Assembly (NCBI GenBank): GCA_043228905.1
Contig: JBHGNT010000011.1
Location: 20,274,001-20,338,000 of the forward strand
Direction of reading: 5' to 3'
From: Azolla caroliniana
Taxonomy: Eukaryota; Plantae; Polypodiophyta
DNA length: 64,000 nucleotides
Below the pieces are notes generated by a model. It had not been told where the DNA came from and searched no databases. It saw only the letters and a program-made list of their open reading frames with translations. This document shows positions 1 to 10,933 of this stretch, one piece after another; positions within the stretch are counted from its first letter, which is position 1, and each line of letters begins with the position of its first letter. Both the position numbers and the translations under genes were made by a program.

Positions 1-135
1 TGGCAATAGCTATTTGTAACAGTAATTGGGTATGTGTGTTGTAAAATGAGTGTACTCAATGATTTATTTCAATGTCATTTGGGATTTTGAAGATGGAATT
101 GGATTTCCATACAAAGGTAATATAGATATTCTGTA

Positions 136-137
<2 letters not shown>

Positions 138-174
<37 letters not shown>
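138..174. repeat. (TC)n microsatellite
   Basis: Uninterrupted TC dinucleotide run. Confidence 0.9.
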
Positions 175-176
<2 letters not shown>

Positions 177-3130
177 AATGATAGGGGAATTTTGCATCAT
201 TTTATCATCACACTTGTTATGTGAGATGATGCCTCAAATGTCATAGATATCAATTCAACTCACAATTACATCTTGGGATGCTTTGAAGCTCAGTAACTAT
301 GATGCTTGCTTGGATGGAACCTTGATATAACCTTACTTAACATTGCCAGAATCAAGGAAGAATCATCGATGAAAGAACAGTGTTGTCATGTATCTAAGGA
401 GAAACAAAAAGGGAGATTGTCGTAAAGTATATATGTACTTGACGATATTGTGCCTATTGTGAGAAGTAGTACTTGATGACGATATAGTTTGCTGGTTTTT
501 AGTCAATAAAAGGTATAGCATTTATATGTGATAAATTGTTTCTTTGACATTAATTACTTTATGTTTCGAGGAATCCTCTATGCAGTTGTTTCTCACCATA
601 ACAACTTACACTATGAAAATGCGTGGGAATTTGTAATTCAAATTGACGCACATATTGCAAAGGGTAGAGGGATGCAGCTATGCTTGCATATATCCCCTTT
701 ACTTTTACTTATAATGTAGAGGTGGTGGTAGATGAAATTAATGGGGATGTACTTCATGCTTATGATTTGTCCAAATACTAGTGGAGGAATATATTGGGGC
801 TGGAGAAGAAGAAATGACTATGGATAGACTTGTTAAGAACTCTTCTTAATCAATAAACAAAATAAAAGTAAACTAAAGGTGAATAAATTGGATAGAAGAA
901 CTCAATCCTCCCCACCTCCCACGAGCTATGATCAAGACATAGCCAAGATACCATTAATGTCCCATATCGAAAGGATATTAGGATGACTAGTACCTTGGGA
1001 GAGGTAACGCGATCATCGCGATGAAAGCCTACCTCACATTATTGGTGTGTCAAGACTTCAGCCATATGACGTAATGTATCTTATGAGGGTAGCTAGGCCA
1101 TCCGATATGAAACTCTTGTTGAGGATGTAGACTAATCATAACTAACTAAACCCATTAAGAAATGCACAACCTCAACTTCCTTCACATACATTGGGCCATT
1201 ATATTGTTCCAGTACCTCTTTTTTGATGTGGAGAATACATAGTGGTAAGTTGCCTCCAATTTCCTTTTGATGCTACTCTCAAACATGTAATTGACTTAGT
1301 TATGTGAAATGAATGAATGAATTGGCTTAAAGACGATTCATCTTGGGCTACGATTGCAATTTCGTCATTCTTGGATTCATAACTTTTTTGGCTCTCATTC
1401 CATGATGTTGTCAATGAGGTAGTCTTTTGCAATTCAGGTATGGAAATTCAATGCAGGACAAGTAGTCAGATCCATAGAAACAAACTGCAATTTGTTCAAG
1501 ATAACTGCATCAGTCACAAACAAATGTAAGAATGGATTTAATGCCAAGTTGTGTATCAACACTTTGTAGTGACTGACTTTGTGTGGTGTAGATGAAGGAG
1601 ATAGACTTGTGCATAAGTTGCTAGGACTAGCTAAAGTCCAAGGGAAAGCTAACTCATGAAAGCAATAGTTAGATGTTGGTATCATCAAGTGAAGTTTCCC
1701 TATTTGGAGGTGGTTTTACAGTTTGCAACAGTGTGAAGCATGAACCTCCATGAAATTTCCAAGGAGAATATGATGAATAACTGGAATATAATTGAAGGTG
1801 GAGCATTGTAGTTGAGTGCAACACTCAAATTCATGAACTAGTTCAGGGCAGAATATACATCAAAGAGAATGTGAGCTAAGTCGAATGGAAGCAATGATGC
1901 AATTTGTGGCCAAAGGGATGAGCTCTAAAATTTATGAGTGCAATTTGTGTAAAGGAAATGGTTTTGTAGTTTGGTGCGATATATGTAATTTGCATTAGAA
2001 ACACGAGTCTTTGTTTCTCTCACAAATCATAATACATCAGCATTGTGAAAAAGCCTCATTCACCAAGGAATCTATGATGTTTTCTTGATGCAAGTGTCCC
2101 ACAGAAAAGACTTTCAATGTCAAGTACTCATCATCTGAGCCAAGCATTTCCAAAATTGTTCACCAGCCTTCCATATGCATTCTTTGAGAAGCAGAGAATT
2201 GAAGTGCATGAAACACAATACTATGTACTGGAATTCCAAACCCACTTGAAATTGATGCATTGTCTTGTTAATACGATATCAATAAGATTACCTAACCAAT
2301 ACTCAAAACAACACACATCAACATGTTTGGTAGAGTTTGAAGCACTTCTGGTTCCTTCCAATTAGTACAATTCTACTATCATAACTTGTTTTCCTTTTGC
2401 GTTGCAAATTTGATAACTTATACTCTCACTTTCATCATCGTTCCTACGGGTCTGTTGAAGTCAAGTTCCAACCATACATCAACGGCCCTTCCCATGGACT
2501 ATGTGCTTCTAGACGTCGAGTAATTGTTGCATATTTGGGAAGCCAGCCTTACACCCTTCTTCATTCACCAGCATATTTCACACGTATGTGATGAAGATAA
2601 TGACAATCCTCACCAACTTTGGTGAGAAAACTCTGGTTTTCAACAAGCTGATCACAACCCCATGTGGTTCCAAAGGTTCAAAGACCTCCATCATCGATCC
2701 ATCCTCCAACTTTTATGACGAGCTGAATTTCAAGGTTTTGAACCCACATTCAATTCTGCTTTGCCATAGAAAGACTTTCAAAGAGTTGTAGGCTTAATCC
2801 CTGCTCCAACTTAGCACCACCACATCCGTGCCTCCAGATTTTCTACTTGATCTTCCAGTCGTAGGCCTAAAATGGTGAAACACAACAGTTAGTGTGACCT
2901 TCCAGTTGTGCACCCTAGGAGTGTTGAAACCCATTATGTAGTTGATGCCAATGTTCACTGCATACTTAAAGCCACTACACCTTGAATGGTCTTCAATTCA
3001 CAAGAGAATGTTCCATTTCAGTTAGACCCAATGTATTCATGCACATATCGTAAAAGTCGACAAGATGAGGTAACCATTATAGCATGTCTATGAATAAAGG
3101 CTATACGAACGATGTTTATATGACCCATAC

Positions 3131-3496
3131 CAGTGTTAATCAATTTTAATGATTCTTATAACTTTTTTGCTCTTATTTCATTATCGCACAGCTCAGAAGA
3201 TTTATAAATGTTGTATGATACAACATATGCCATGGCATTGTGTGGATCTAGTTCGAAAATCTGATTCTCTGCATAATGGGCACAACTGCAATTTTTGTGC
3301 ATTCTGCAAGACCTATCAGTATTAATCAATTTTAATGATTCTTATTACTGTTTAGCTCTTATATCAATATCACACTGCTCAGAAGATTTATAAATGTTGT
3401 ATGATACAACATATGCCGTGGCATTGTGCGGATCTAGTTCGAAAATCTGATTTGCTGCATGATGGGCACAACTACAATCATTGTGCATTCTGCAAG
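3131..3496. repeat. Tandem duplication (~186 bp) of the PPR gene 3' end
   Basis: 3131-3310 and 3317-3496 share blocks such as gctcagaagatttataaatgttgtatgatacaacatatgcc and ggatctagttcgaaaatctgatt. Confidence 0.9.
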
Positions 3497-6005
3497 CACT
3501 TAGTAATGTCATCCACATAGTTAAAGTCGGTTGGAAAGGCATATTAACGATCATAGTCTCACCCTCAGCTAGCCTTCCCGTACGTCCAAGAAGATCAATA
3601 ATGCAATTATAATGATCTAATGCTAATACTATATCAGTATTAGAATATCTTTGGCTCATGGAAAGGAAGATTGATGTACTTTCATATACAAGGCCAGCAT
3701 GGCTACATGCACAAAGAACATTTACAAGGGTAACTTCATTTGGAAGCTCGTCTTTTATTTGCATGCATCGAAAAAGTGAGATGGCTTCTTCACCACACCC
3801 ATACTGGGCATGTCCTGCAATCATTGCACTCCATGATACTACATCCTGAATTTCTATTGCTTCGAAGATAAGACATGCATCATCTATACAACCACATCTA
3901 TTATACATATGAATAAGGGCATTTCCTACCATAGTATCGCTTTCAAACCCATTGGATAGGATCTGAATGTGCATATGCTTACCTGAGCTAAGTGAAGGTA
4001 GGTTTCCACACGAATCGAGAATGCTGACGAAAGTATATTTGGTTGGAACACAACAATGCATCAACATATTTTGAAACATACTAATAGCAACATCATAATA
4101 TCCATACCGAATATATACAGAGATAAGCGTATTCCATGAAACCTTGTCATGGTATGGCATAGTTTCAAACACTTCCATTACATCTTCCAAACAATCACAT
4201 TGAGCCATAATGATATTCCATGCAACTATGTCTCGATCAGGCAATTCATCAAAAACTCTCTTGGCATCTTTATGGCTATTGCATGAGAAATACATGCTGA
4301 AAAGAGTTGTCCCCAGCACATCATCAACATGGAGATGGCCACAAAGAATACGAGTGTGCAGTACCTTTCCCCAGCCTAAGCTATTGCATCCAGATAACAA
4401 ACTGACGAAAGTAATTCCATTTGGAAACACTCCTTCTAATTCCATCTGCATGAAAAATCGGAATGCTTCTTGGCTTTGTCCACTCACTGCAAAAGTACAT
4501 ATAATGGAGGTCCAAGACACGACATCATGACACATCATTCTATTAAAGATGCAATATGCATCATCGATAGTGACACATTTCCCATAAAAGTCAAGTATAG
4601 CATTACCCACGACAATATCTTGCTCACATCCACTGTATATGGCATCAGCATGTACTTGCTTTCCTTTAACCAAAAGTCCTAATCTTGTGCACATATGAAG
4701 AACAGAGACAAATGTGAATTTGTTTGGAGAAATGCCTTCCGTACGCATTTGGTCATACAAGTAGAAAGCTTCTTCATCATTTCCTAGCTCAGCGTATGCT
4801 GACACCATCGCTGTCCATGTGATCAAGCTCCTCTGAGGCATTTGATCAAATACATTTCTGGCATCTTCTAAGCTACCGCATCTACTATACATACTCAAAA
4901 TGGACGTTCTCAAAAGCAAATCAGGCTGAAACCCAACACGTGCATGAACTCGTTTACCTTCATTTAGTTCATTTTTCCCAGCAAAAGACGAAAGGATACT
5001 AGAAATAGTAAAGTGGTTTGGTGCAACACTTTCCGACTCCATTCTTCGAAAAAGGCAAAATGCATCTTTTGTTTGATTTTGTTGCACATAGGCTGTGATT
5101 AAAGACGTCCATGAGATCACATTCTTCTCTACCATAATATCAAACACTAGCCTTGCCTCATTAATGGTGCCACATTTCCCATACATGTCGACAATAGCGG
5201 TGGCCACAATCACATCATGTGCATATCCACAAAACTCAACAAAGTTATGCACGAATCGAACAAATAGTACAGTATCATCATCGCAGTCATCATCATCTTC
5301 TTTGGAAAGAGATGACAAAAGGCTTACCAAGACAAACTTGCTTGGAATCATTCCTTTTGTCTGCATTTCATTAAGAAATATCATACCACGTCTTCCCTGT
5401 CTATGATGTGAATATGCCACAAGAATGCATTCATATGCAGATATTCCAGGATTGATCATGTTCTCAAAAACTACACGAGCTTCCATTAAAGCTCCACATT
5501 TTACATACATATGCAACATATGGTTTTGTACCTGAGGATAAGATACATAACCGAGTTCAAAAATAAGATTATGAATGTGTTTACCAGTAGTTAGGTCTTC
5601 CATCCTAGCACATTTTTGCAGAAGGAAAGCACATGAATTGTATGTACTATACCCCATAGCCGACCCCTCTGAACATGAATAGATTGTGCTATATTCCATA
5701 GCTGATCCTTTCGCACACGTATCGATCGTATTGTACACCATATCCAATTCCTCTGCACATGAATCGATTCTATTGCAAGCCCTAGCCGATGTTGGGGACA
5801 ATGAAAAGAAGGTTTCACCTCCTTGTTCTCGAAGATGATGATGGCAACAATGAGATGGTCTACAACGGAGATGGAGAAGAAGGCAGGTCTCCTGAAATGC
5901 TCTGTTGCCATATCTGTGTGGGTGGTAGAAGTGATACAGGAAACCTCGTTGTGAGAGAAGAAGGCTTCTACTCTGTTTCAAGGCTGTGGCTCCGAAGATG
6001 AACAT
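3345..6005 (-). CDS. PLS-class pentatricopeptide repeat protein with E domain and no DYW domain (putative organellar RNA editing factor)
   Basis: 886-aa intronless ORF with many P/L/S motifs (e.g. VGNALIHMYNRCGCIDDACLIFEAIEIQDVVSWSAMIAGHAQYG). E-domain sequence HYNCIIDLLGRTGRLAEGE...WMTLLSACRMH is present. The N-terminus resembles a transit peptide. Confidence 0.93.
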   Translation of the reverse strand: MFIFGATALKQSRSLLLSQRGFLYHFYHPHRYGNRAFQETCLLLHLRCRPSHCCHHHLREQGGETFFSLSPTSARACNRIDSCAEELDMVYNTIDTCAKGSAMEYSTIYSCSEGSAMGYSTYNSCAFLLQKCARMEDLTTGKHIHNLIFELGYVSYPQVQNHMLHMYVKCGALMEARVVFENMINPGISAYECILVAYSHHRQGRRGMIFLNEMQTKGMIPSKFVLVSLLSSLSKEDDDDCDDDTVLFVRFVHNFVEFCGYAHDVIVATAIVDMYGKCGTINEARLVFDIMVEKNVISWTSLITAYVQQNQTKDAFCLFRRMESESVAPNHFTISSILSSFAGKNELNEGKRVHARVGFQPDLLLRTSILSMYSRCGSLEDARNVFDQMPQRSLITWTAMVSAYAELGNDEEAFYLYDQMRTEGISPNKFTFVSVLHMCTRLGLLVKGKQVHADAIYSGCEQDIVVGNAILDFYGKCVTIDDAYCIFNRMMCHDVVSWTSIICTFAVSGQSQEAFRFFMQMELEGVFPNGITFVSLLSGCNSLGWGKVLHTRILCGHLHVDDVLGTTLFSMYFSCNSHKDAKRVFDELPDRDIVAWNIIMAQCDCLEDVMEVFETMPYHDKVSWNTLISVYIRYGYYDVAISMFQNMLMHCCVPTKYTFVSILDSCGNLPSLSSGKHMHIQILSNGFESDTMVGNALIHMYNRCGCIDDACLIFEAIEIQDVVSWSAMIAGHAQYGCGEEAISLFRCMQIKDELPNEVTLVNVLCACSHAGLVYESTSIFLSMSQRYSNTDIVLALDHYNCIIDLLGRTGRLAEGETMIVNMPFQPTLTMWMTLLSACRMHNDCSCAHHAANQIFELDPHNATAYVVSYNIYKSSEQCDIDIRAKQ

Positions 6006-6770
6006 CCATACATGTATATTTTGTACATGACTTCTTCTTCTTCATCATCTCACTTTGAATTACTCATGTTGGGTTTGTTTCTACCATGTTCTTTTATTTT
6101 CCCGAATGCCCCCAAGGTTTTAAGTTATTTGCTTGCCTATGCCCCTTGTTAAGCAGTGATTCCAGAGCACCACACAAAAAGGGTTGGGGGGGATTACAAC
6201 CATTTCATTTGCAGGTCTCTATTGTTCATAATACATATAATTCCTCAAATGGGGTTCCCAAAGTATAGTTGTGGCGGTAAATTAAAGTCAAGCCTACCAG
6301 CTTTTATCACCTAAATTTAACAATAATTGAGTTATGATGTTAGTATAATCCTTTGTCCTTTCTTAAATAAGAACCTCTAGACGAGACCAACAATCGAATC
6401 AAAATTTGGAGCGCCTTTATCTTGTCTCCATGTTCACCAAGCCTTGAATGTGGGATAGTATGCATGAATGTGTGTATAAAATTCAAATGTAAGCAAAACA
6501 ATTGGCTTCTAGTTCAGAAGCTCCTACTCCTACTCCTACTCCTAATGGATATAGTCTTGTTGAAATCAATTATTGTTGAGTTTCAATTGGAAACATCATC
6601 TCAAACTCCAATAATAGAAAGCCGAACATGTATTGTATTACAATTGCTTGCACCTATGACATCTCACCCTCTTGTGGTGGAATGTCGTCGAATATGAACC
6701 TACAACAAATCATCCGAAGGGAATGAGATATGTTCTCTTTGATGGAATGTGTTGGAATTGAATATACAAT

Positions 6771-7017
6771 CACATATTATTGATTGGGTTGGACAGAGTT
6801 GTGAGCTGGTTTCACATTAGGCCAACCCAACAACAACAACTTAAAAAAACGAAGGAATTTTTAGACACAGAAATAATAACAAACTTTCACATATGATTGA
6901 TTGGGTTGGACAAAGTTGTGGGGATGGGAGACGGTTTCACATTAGGCCAAGCCAACAACAACTTAAAAACAGAAGGAATTTCGACACACATAGAAATATA
7001 TAACAAAACTTTCAACA
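6771..7017. repeat. Imperfect tandem duplication (~120 bp) upstream of oleosin
   Basis: Two copies of attgattgggttggaca...ggtttcacattaggccaa...caacaacaacttaaaaa...gaaggaattt. Confidence 0.85.
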
Positions 7018-7037
7018 TCTGAATGAAGACGGATGCA

Positions 7038-7063
7038 ACGTGGTGCGACGGAATTGCATGCAT
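7038..7063 (+). promoter_or_regulatory. ABRE-like ACGTGG plus RY element (CATGCA) upstream of oleosin
   Basis: ACGTGG at 7038-7043 and TGCATGCAT at 7055-7063, about 250 bp before the ATG. This pair is typical of oleosin and storage-protein promoters. Confidence 0.5.
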
Positions 7064-7312
7064 TTAGTTTTTTCTTTTTTTGGTTCTCTAATTAGAAATG
7101 AGAAACACAAAAGAATTCAAATACTTAAATAGTAGACACACAAACATTAAGAGAGATGATTTCTTAACATTTGCATTATGTACACTTGGTAATTATTCTG
7201 GTTAATCTCGGGATTAGCAGCTAATTAGTAGGTTGATCAGAGGCGAAATTGATTTGATTTGGTAAGCAGAAGGATCCATCCATCCATCATCGACAGGCGG
7301 TGTGGGGTGGGC

Positions 7313-7903
7313 ATGATGGCCATGGCGAAGGCAGGAAGATCTAGGGCCAGTATGCCTCGCAAGCTTCTTGGCATTACTACTGTGGCGGCCATGGGAATGG
7401 GCGCAGCTGCATTGGGTGGCCTGGCTGTGGCTGCAGTAGCCATCATCCTCGCCGTCTCTACCCCCCTCCTCCTCTTCCTCACCCCCATCATAGTACCCCT
7501 GGGGACCTCCATATTCCTGGCCACATCAGCTTTGCTCGCTGCTGGGGCTGCCACGCTGGTGTCGGTTGTGGCCATCTCCTGGATCCAGAGCTATGGATCC
7601 AGAGCTAGGCCTGAGCATGGGGCCGAGCTGAGAGAGAAGGTGGGAGCTGTGATTGGGAAGGCCGAGGAAGCGGTTAAAGCAGTCAAGGAGAAGGGCGGTG
7701 AGGTCAAGGAAGCTGTGATTGGGGGTGGCTCTGAGAGCATCAAAACCAGGAAACCTGGCGGTGGGGGTAACACATCATCATCATCATCATCATCGCAAGT
7801 GCCACTGCAGCAGCAGGCTGCGGACCAATCGCACGCAGCTCAGCCTCAGCAGAGGCAGGCATCAGCCCCTGGCTCAGGTGGTGGGGGAGGCAGCCAAGGC
7901 TAG
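7313..7903 (+). CDS. Oleosin (lipid droplet protein)
   Basis: Long uninterrupted hydrophobic stretch with a central proline knot PLLLFLTPIIVP, then SWI and an amphipathic C-terminus. First in-frame ATG is at 7313 (196 aa). Confidence 0.9.
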   Translation: MMAMAKAGRSRASMPRKLLGITTVAAMGMGAAALGGLAVAAVAIILAVSTPLLLFLTPIIVPLGTSIFLATSALLAAGAATLVSVVAISWIQSYGSRARPEHGAELREKVGAVIGKAEEAVKAVKEKGGEVKEAVIGGGSESIKTRKPGGGGNTSSSSSSSQVPLQQQAADQSHAAQPQQRQASAPGSGGGGGSQG

Positions 7904-9507
7904 AGATAGTTGGGATCAGAACCAATTTCTAATGTAATAGCTAGTTAAGTACATATCTGATTATATGATAAATAATAATTGATAATGGGAAGTTGGGTAC
8001 TGGATTCTCTTGTTTATTGATCAATCTGACCTTTATCTATATCATTTTTCAAAGACTTATGAAAAAAAAAGCCAAGTGACCTATTCTGTATGGTATTTCA
8101 GTTTTCATACAATGTTGTACTCTACCTAGGACAGTTGTTCTATATCATTTTCAAAGTGTTAAAAGAGGGAAAAAGGAAGGACCTATTCTGTGTTTGGTTC
8201 TTCAGTTTTGATGCAATGTTGTGTACTCTACTTAGGTCTGAGTTGATCTCGTGAGTATAAGGGTAATCTCTTATTAAACTACTGAGATCTTCACAAGCAT
8301 GCAGAGCACCTTTTCAGGCAATTAATAGGGGACTAGACTTGTGATCATCTCCTCCTGGGTGTCCCAACTCATACACTTAGTGTTTCAAAAGACGCCTACC
8401 CATCCTTTTCCCTTGAAAGCTTCAAAGATAGGCTTGATCCATGCCACCTTCCCTTGAAAGATCTTTCATCACATTGAATAGAATGGACTTGACACGTCCA
8501 TTCCTCAAAATATAAGCTTCAAAGGTATGTTTTGCTTGACTCGGTTGGCTTCCATATGATCCTCACTTAAGTTCTTTCATTGCATCGAAAGGCATTAACC
8601 AAAGATGAAAAAGCTCTAAATTAGAAAGCCATAACCCAGATTTCGGATGAAAAAGCAATAGATTAGGGAAACGTTTTTTCGCATTCTAATATATGGCAAA
8701 GTAGAGGCCAACCTGCCCAAAATAGGTCACATGTGTTGTGACTGTAGTACCTTGTCAATTTAAAATCAAAATCTTGTTATTTTTAAACCTTTAAACATGA
8801 CGAATGCTACCATCATTTTTGCCATTTGTTTGATGGAAGACTTTTCCAATTTTCCTATAGTGATATGAACGCTATCAATTTATATATAAGATGTACAGCC
8901 ATATGAAAACCTGCAATTACCTTGTTATATAGATACATTTGCAGATTTTAAGTTCAAACCTACAACCTAGAGTTTGTATTTTAGAGGCCAATTGTCTTAA
9001 TCTTCCCATTACTATTTTTATACAAGAGCCTGTATTGGTGCAAAAGAGCACAACTGTTCAAACAAAAAAGATCACTAGCAGGAAGGTCGTCAACTTTTAA
9101 CTTTGCTTGAATGAACTACGATTGCAGGATGTCATTGTACAAAGGTCCATAGCGTGGTCTACATATGGTTTTACATTGATTCTCTATTTACAGAGGAAAC
9201 ATTGACTTTCAGACCTAACCTAGTATAAGAAAAATCAAGTGGATAGGGCCATTTTCCTATCATCCATAGGTAAGGGATTCGCCACCAAATGGATGGATTC
9301 CCCATAATGTGAATAAAAAGACAGCAGCAAAATACATTGTTAAGAGAAAACAATTCGCTTCAGCATATTAGGAAAAGATAAATCCCTAAATGAGTCCAGC
9401 GAGTAAACTCAAATGTAAATTAAAAATGACATGTTTGTTGCCAGCTTCGATCTCCATTCGTTGATCTGCTCACTTTTGTGTAGAACAGAATTCTTACCAT
9501 AGCTCAT

Positions 9508-9522
9508 TCATGCAACTACCAC
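9508..9522 (-). CDS. bZIP28: bZIP17/28-like terminal micro-exon (VVVA-stop)
   Basis: Acceptor TTTGCAG|GTG at 9522, in-frame GTG GTA GTT GCA TGA, then another GTAAGA donor 10 nt after the stop. Confidence 0.6.
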   Translation of the reverse strand: MVVA

Positions 9523-9777
9523 CTGCAAATTGCAAATGACATTTCTATGAAACCATGAAATTGTAAATTATTTAGGCTAATATTCTAGCTTTCTATTACA
9601 TTCTTTCCCATATTGAAATGAGTATTTAGCTGTAGATTCTTAAAAAAAGTTTTAAATTTGGAGGGGAATTCAATTTTAAAATTTGTTTATGTTTACGTAA
9701 ACAGCCAAAACAGTTTATAAAGCTCGAAACTATAAAAGAAAAGGGAACATTTCTTTGCTTTTCCTTGACATTCTTAC

Positions 9778-10226
9778 CTCATACTGTGGTGTTGAAGCCA
9801 CAGAAGGGAGCTTGCACGAATATGTAATATACTTCACATTGTCAATCAATACCACTATAAATATTGTGGAGGGGCCCTTTCCTCCTGCCATTGATTTTGC
9901 TTGCTCTCCGAAATCTGATTCAGCCAGCACCGATACAACAATAGAAGAACTATAACCATCCTTACCATTAGTTACATTTCTCTCTTTTGAGCCACCCTTG
10001 AGAATAGCTTTATGTCCTACAGGTGGAAGTGGAACCGCATAAGATGCACTTTTTCTTGAGTGCAAAAATGATCGACCCGACACCTCCCGAGGACCCTGTT
10101 CTTCAAGCTTCCTCTTGGCTTGTCTTCGATCATCTTCAGCATTTGTTCGTTGAGAGGATGTTGCTGATGAAGGTGACATTTCGAATTGAAAGACTTCAGT
10201 GCACATGCCTGAGCTAAAGACTGGAC
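9778..10226 (-). CDS. bZIP28: bZIP17/28-like coding exon 2
   Basis: Acceptor CAG|GT at 10226 restores GPVFSSGMCTEVFQF. Contains SIVVSVL and IFIVVLIDNVKYITYSC family motifs. Donor GAG|GTAAGA at 9778; phases are consistent. Confidence 0.88.
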
Positions 10227-10933
10227 CTGAGGACATTCAGAAGCAATTATAATGTCAATGCAGAACTAAACATCATAAAAACAAATGTGAGACCATTCAG
10301 TAGCATGGTGAATAGTGATTGTTCAAATAAAATCACAATGTCTTAGAAGAGCATAACATTTGTGAAAAATATCATTTTATTAGATTATTGAATGGTTTCA
10401 AGATTAGGAACTTGGGATCTTTTTTATATTTCATTGTAACATAAGACTTATATTTTTCTCGAACTCATATTCATGATGATAGTACTTATGCCCGTGATGT
10501 TAAGTTATGTATTTTATGTTCTATGTTCTATGTTTTGATACTTATACTTGTGATGTTAAGTTGTGTATTTTATGTTTTATTATAGGCCTGGGTTGTAAAT
10601 GCCCTCAAGTTTTTTTCACTTCCCCATATGCTCTCATCAACCCCCAAAGAGAATAAATGGGCATGAATTGAGAATATATAGTTAAGAGAAAGGGATAAGT
10701 TGCCCAAATAGCATGTAGTTTTGGCAGGGGAGTCTCAACAGTACTTGGAGAAACAATGAAAATTTAGGGGCATTTACAGAGATAAAGAAAATCTCGAGTA
10801 AATTCAGAGTTTTTCCCAGACACAAATATGAAACCTTTTATTTTTTTCATTCTCCATTATTTAAAAAACCATTTTTTCAAATAATTGTCTTGATTTAAAA
10901 AATAAGATTCTATATCTATGAATATGTACATAC

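Noticed and set aside
1200-2950. Possible degraded LINE or gene remnant on the minus strand
   Set aside because: Coding-like texture but no diagnostic motif could be identified.
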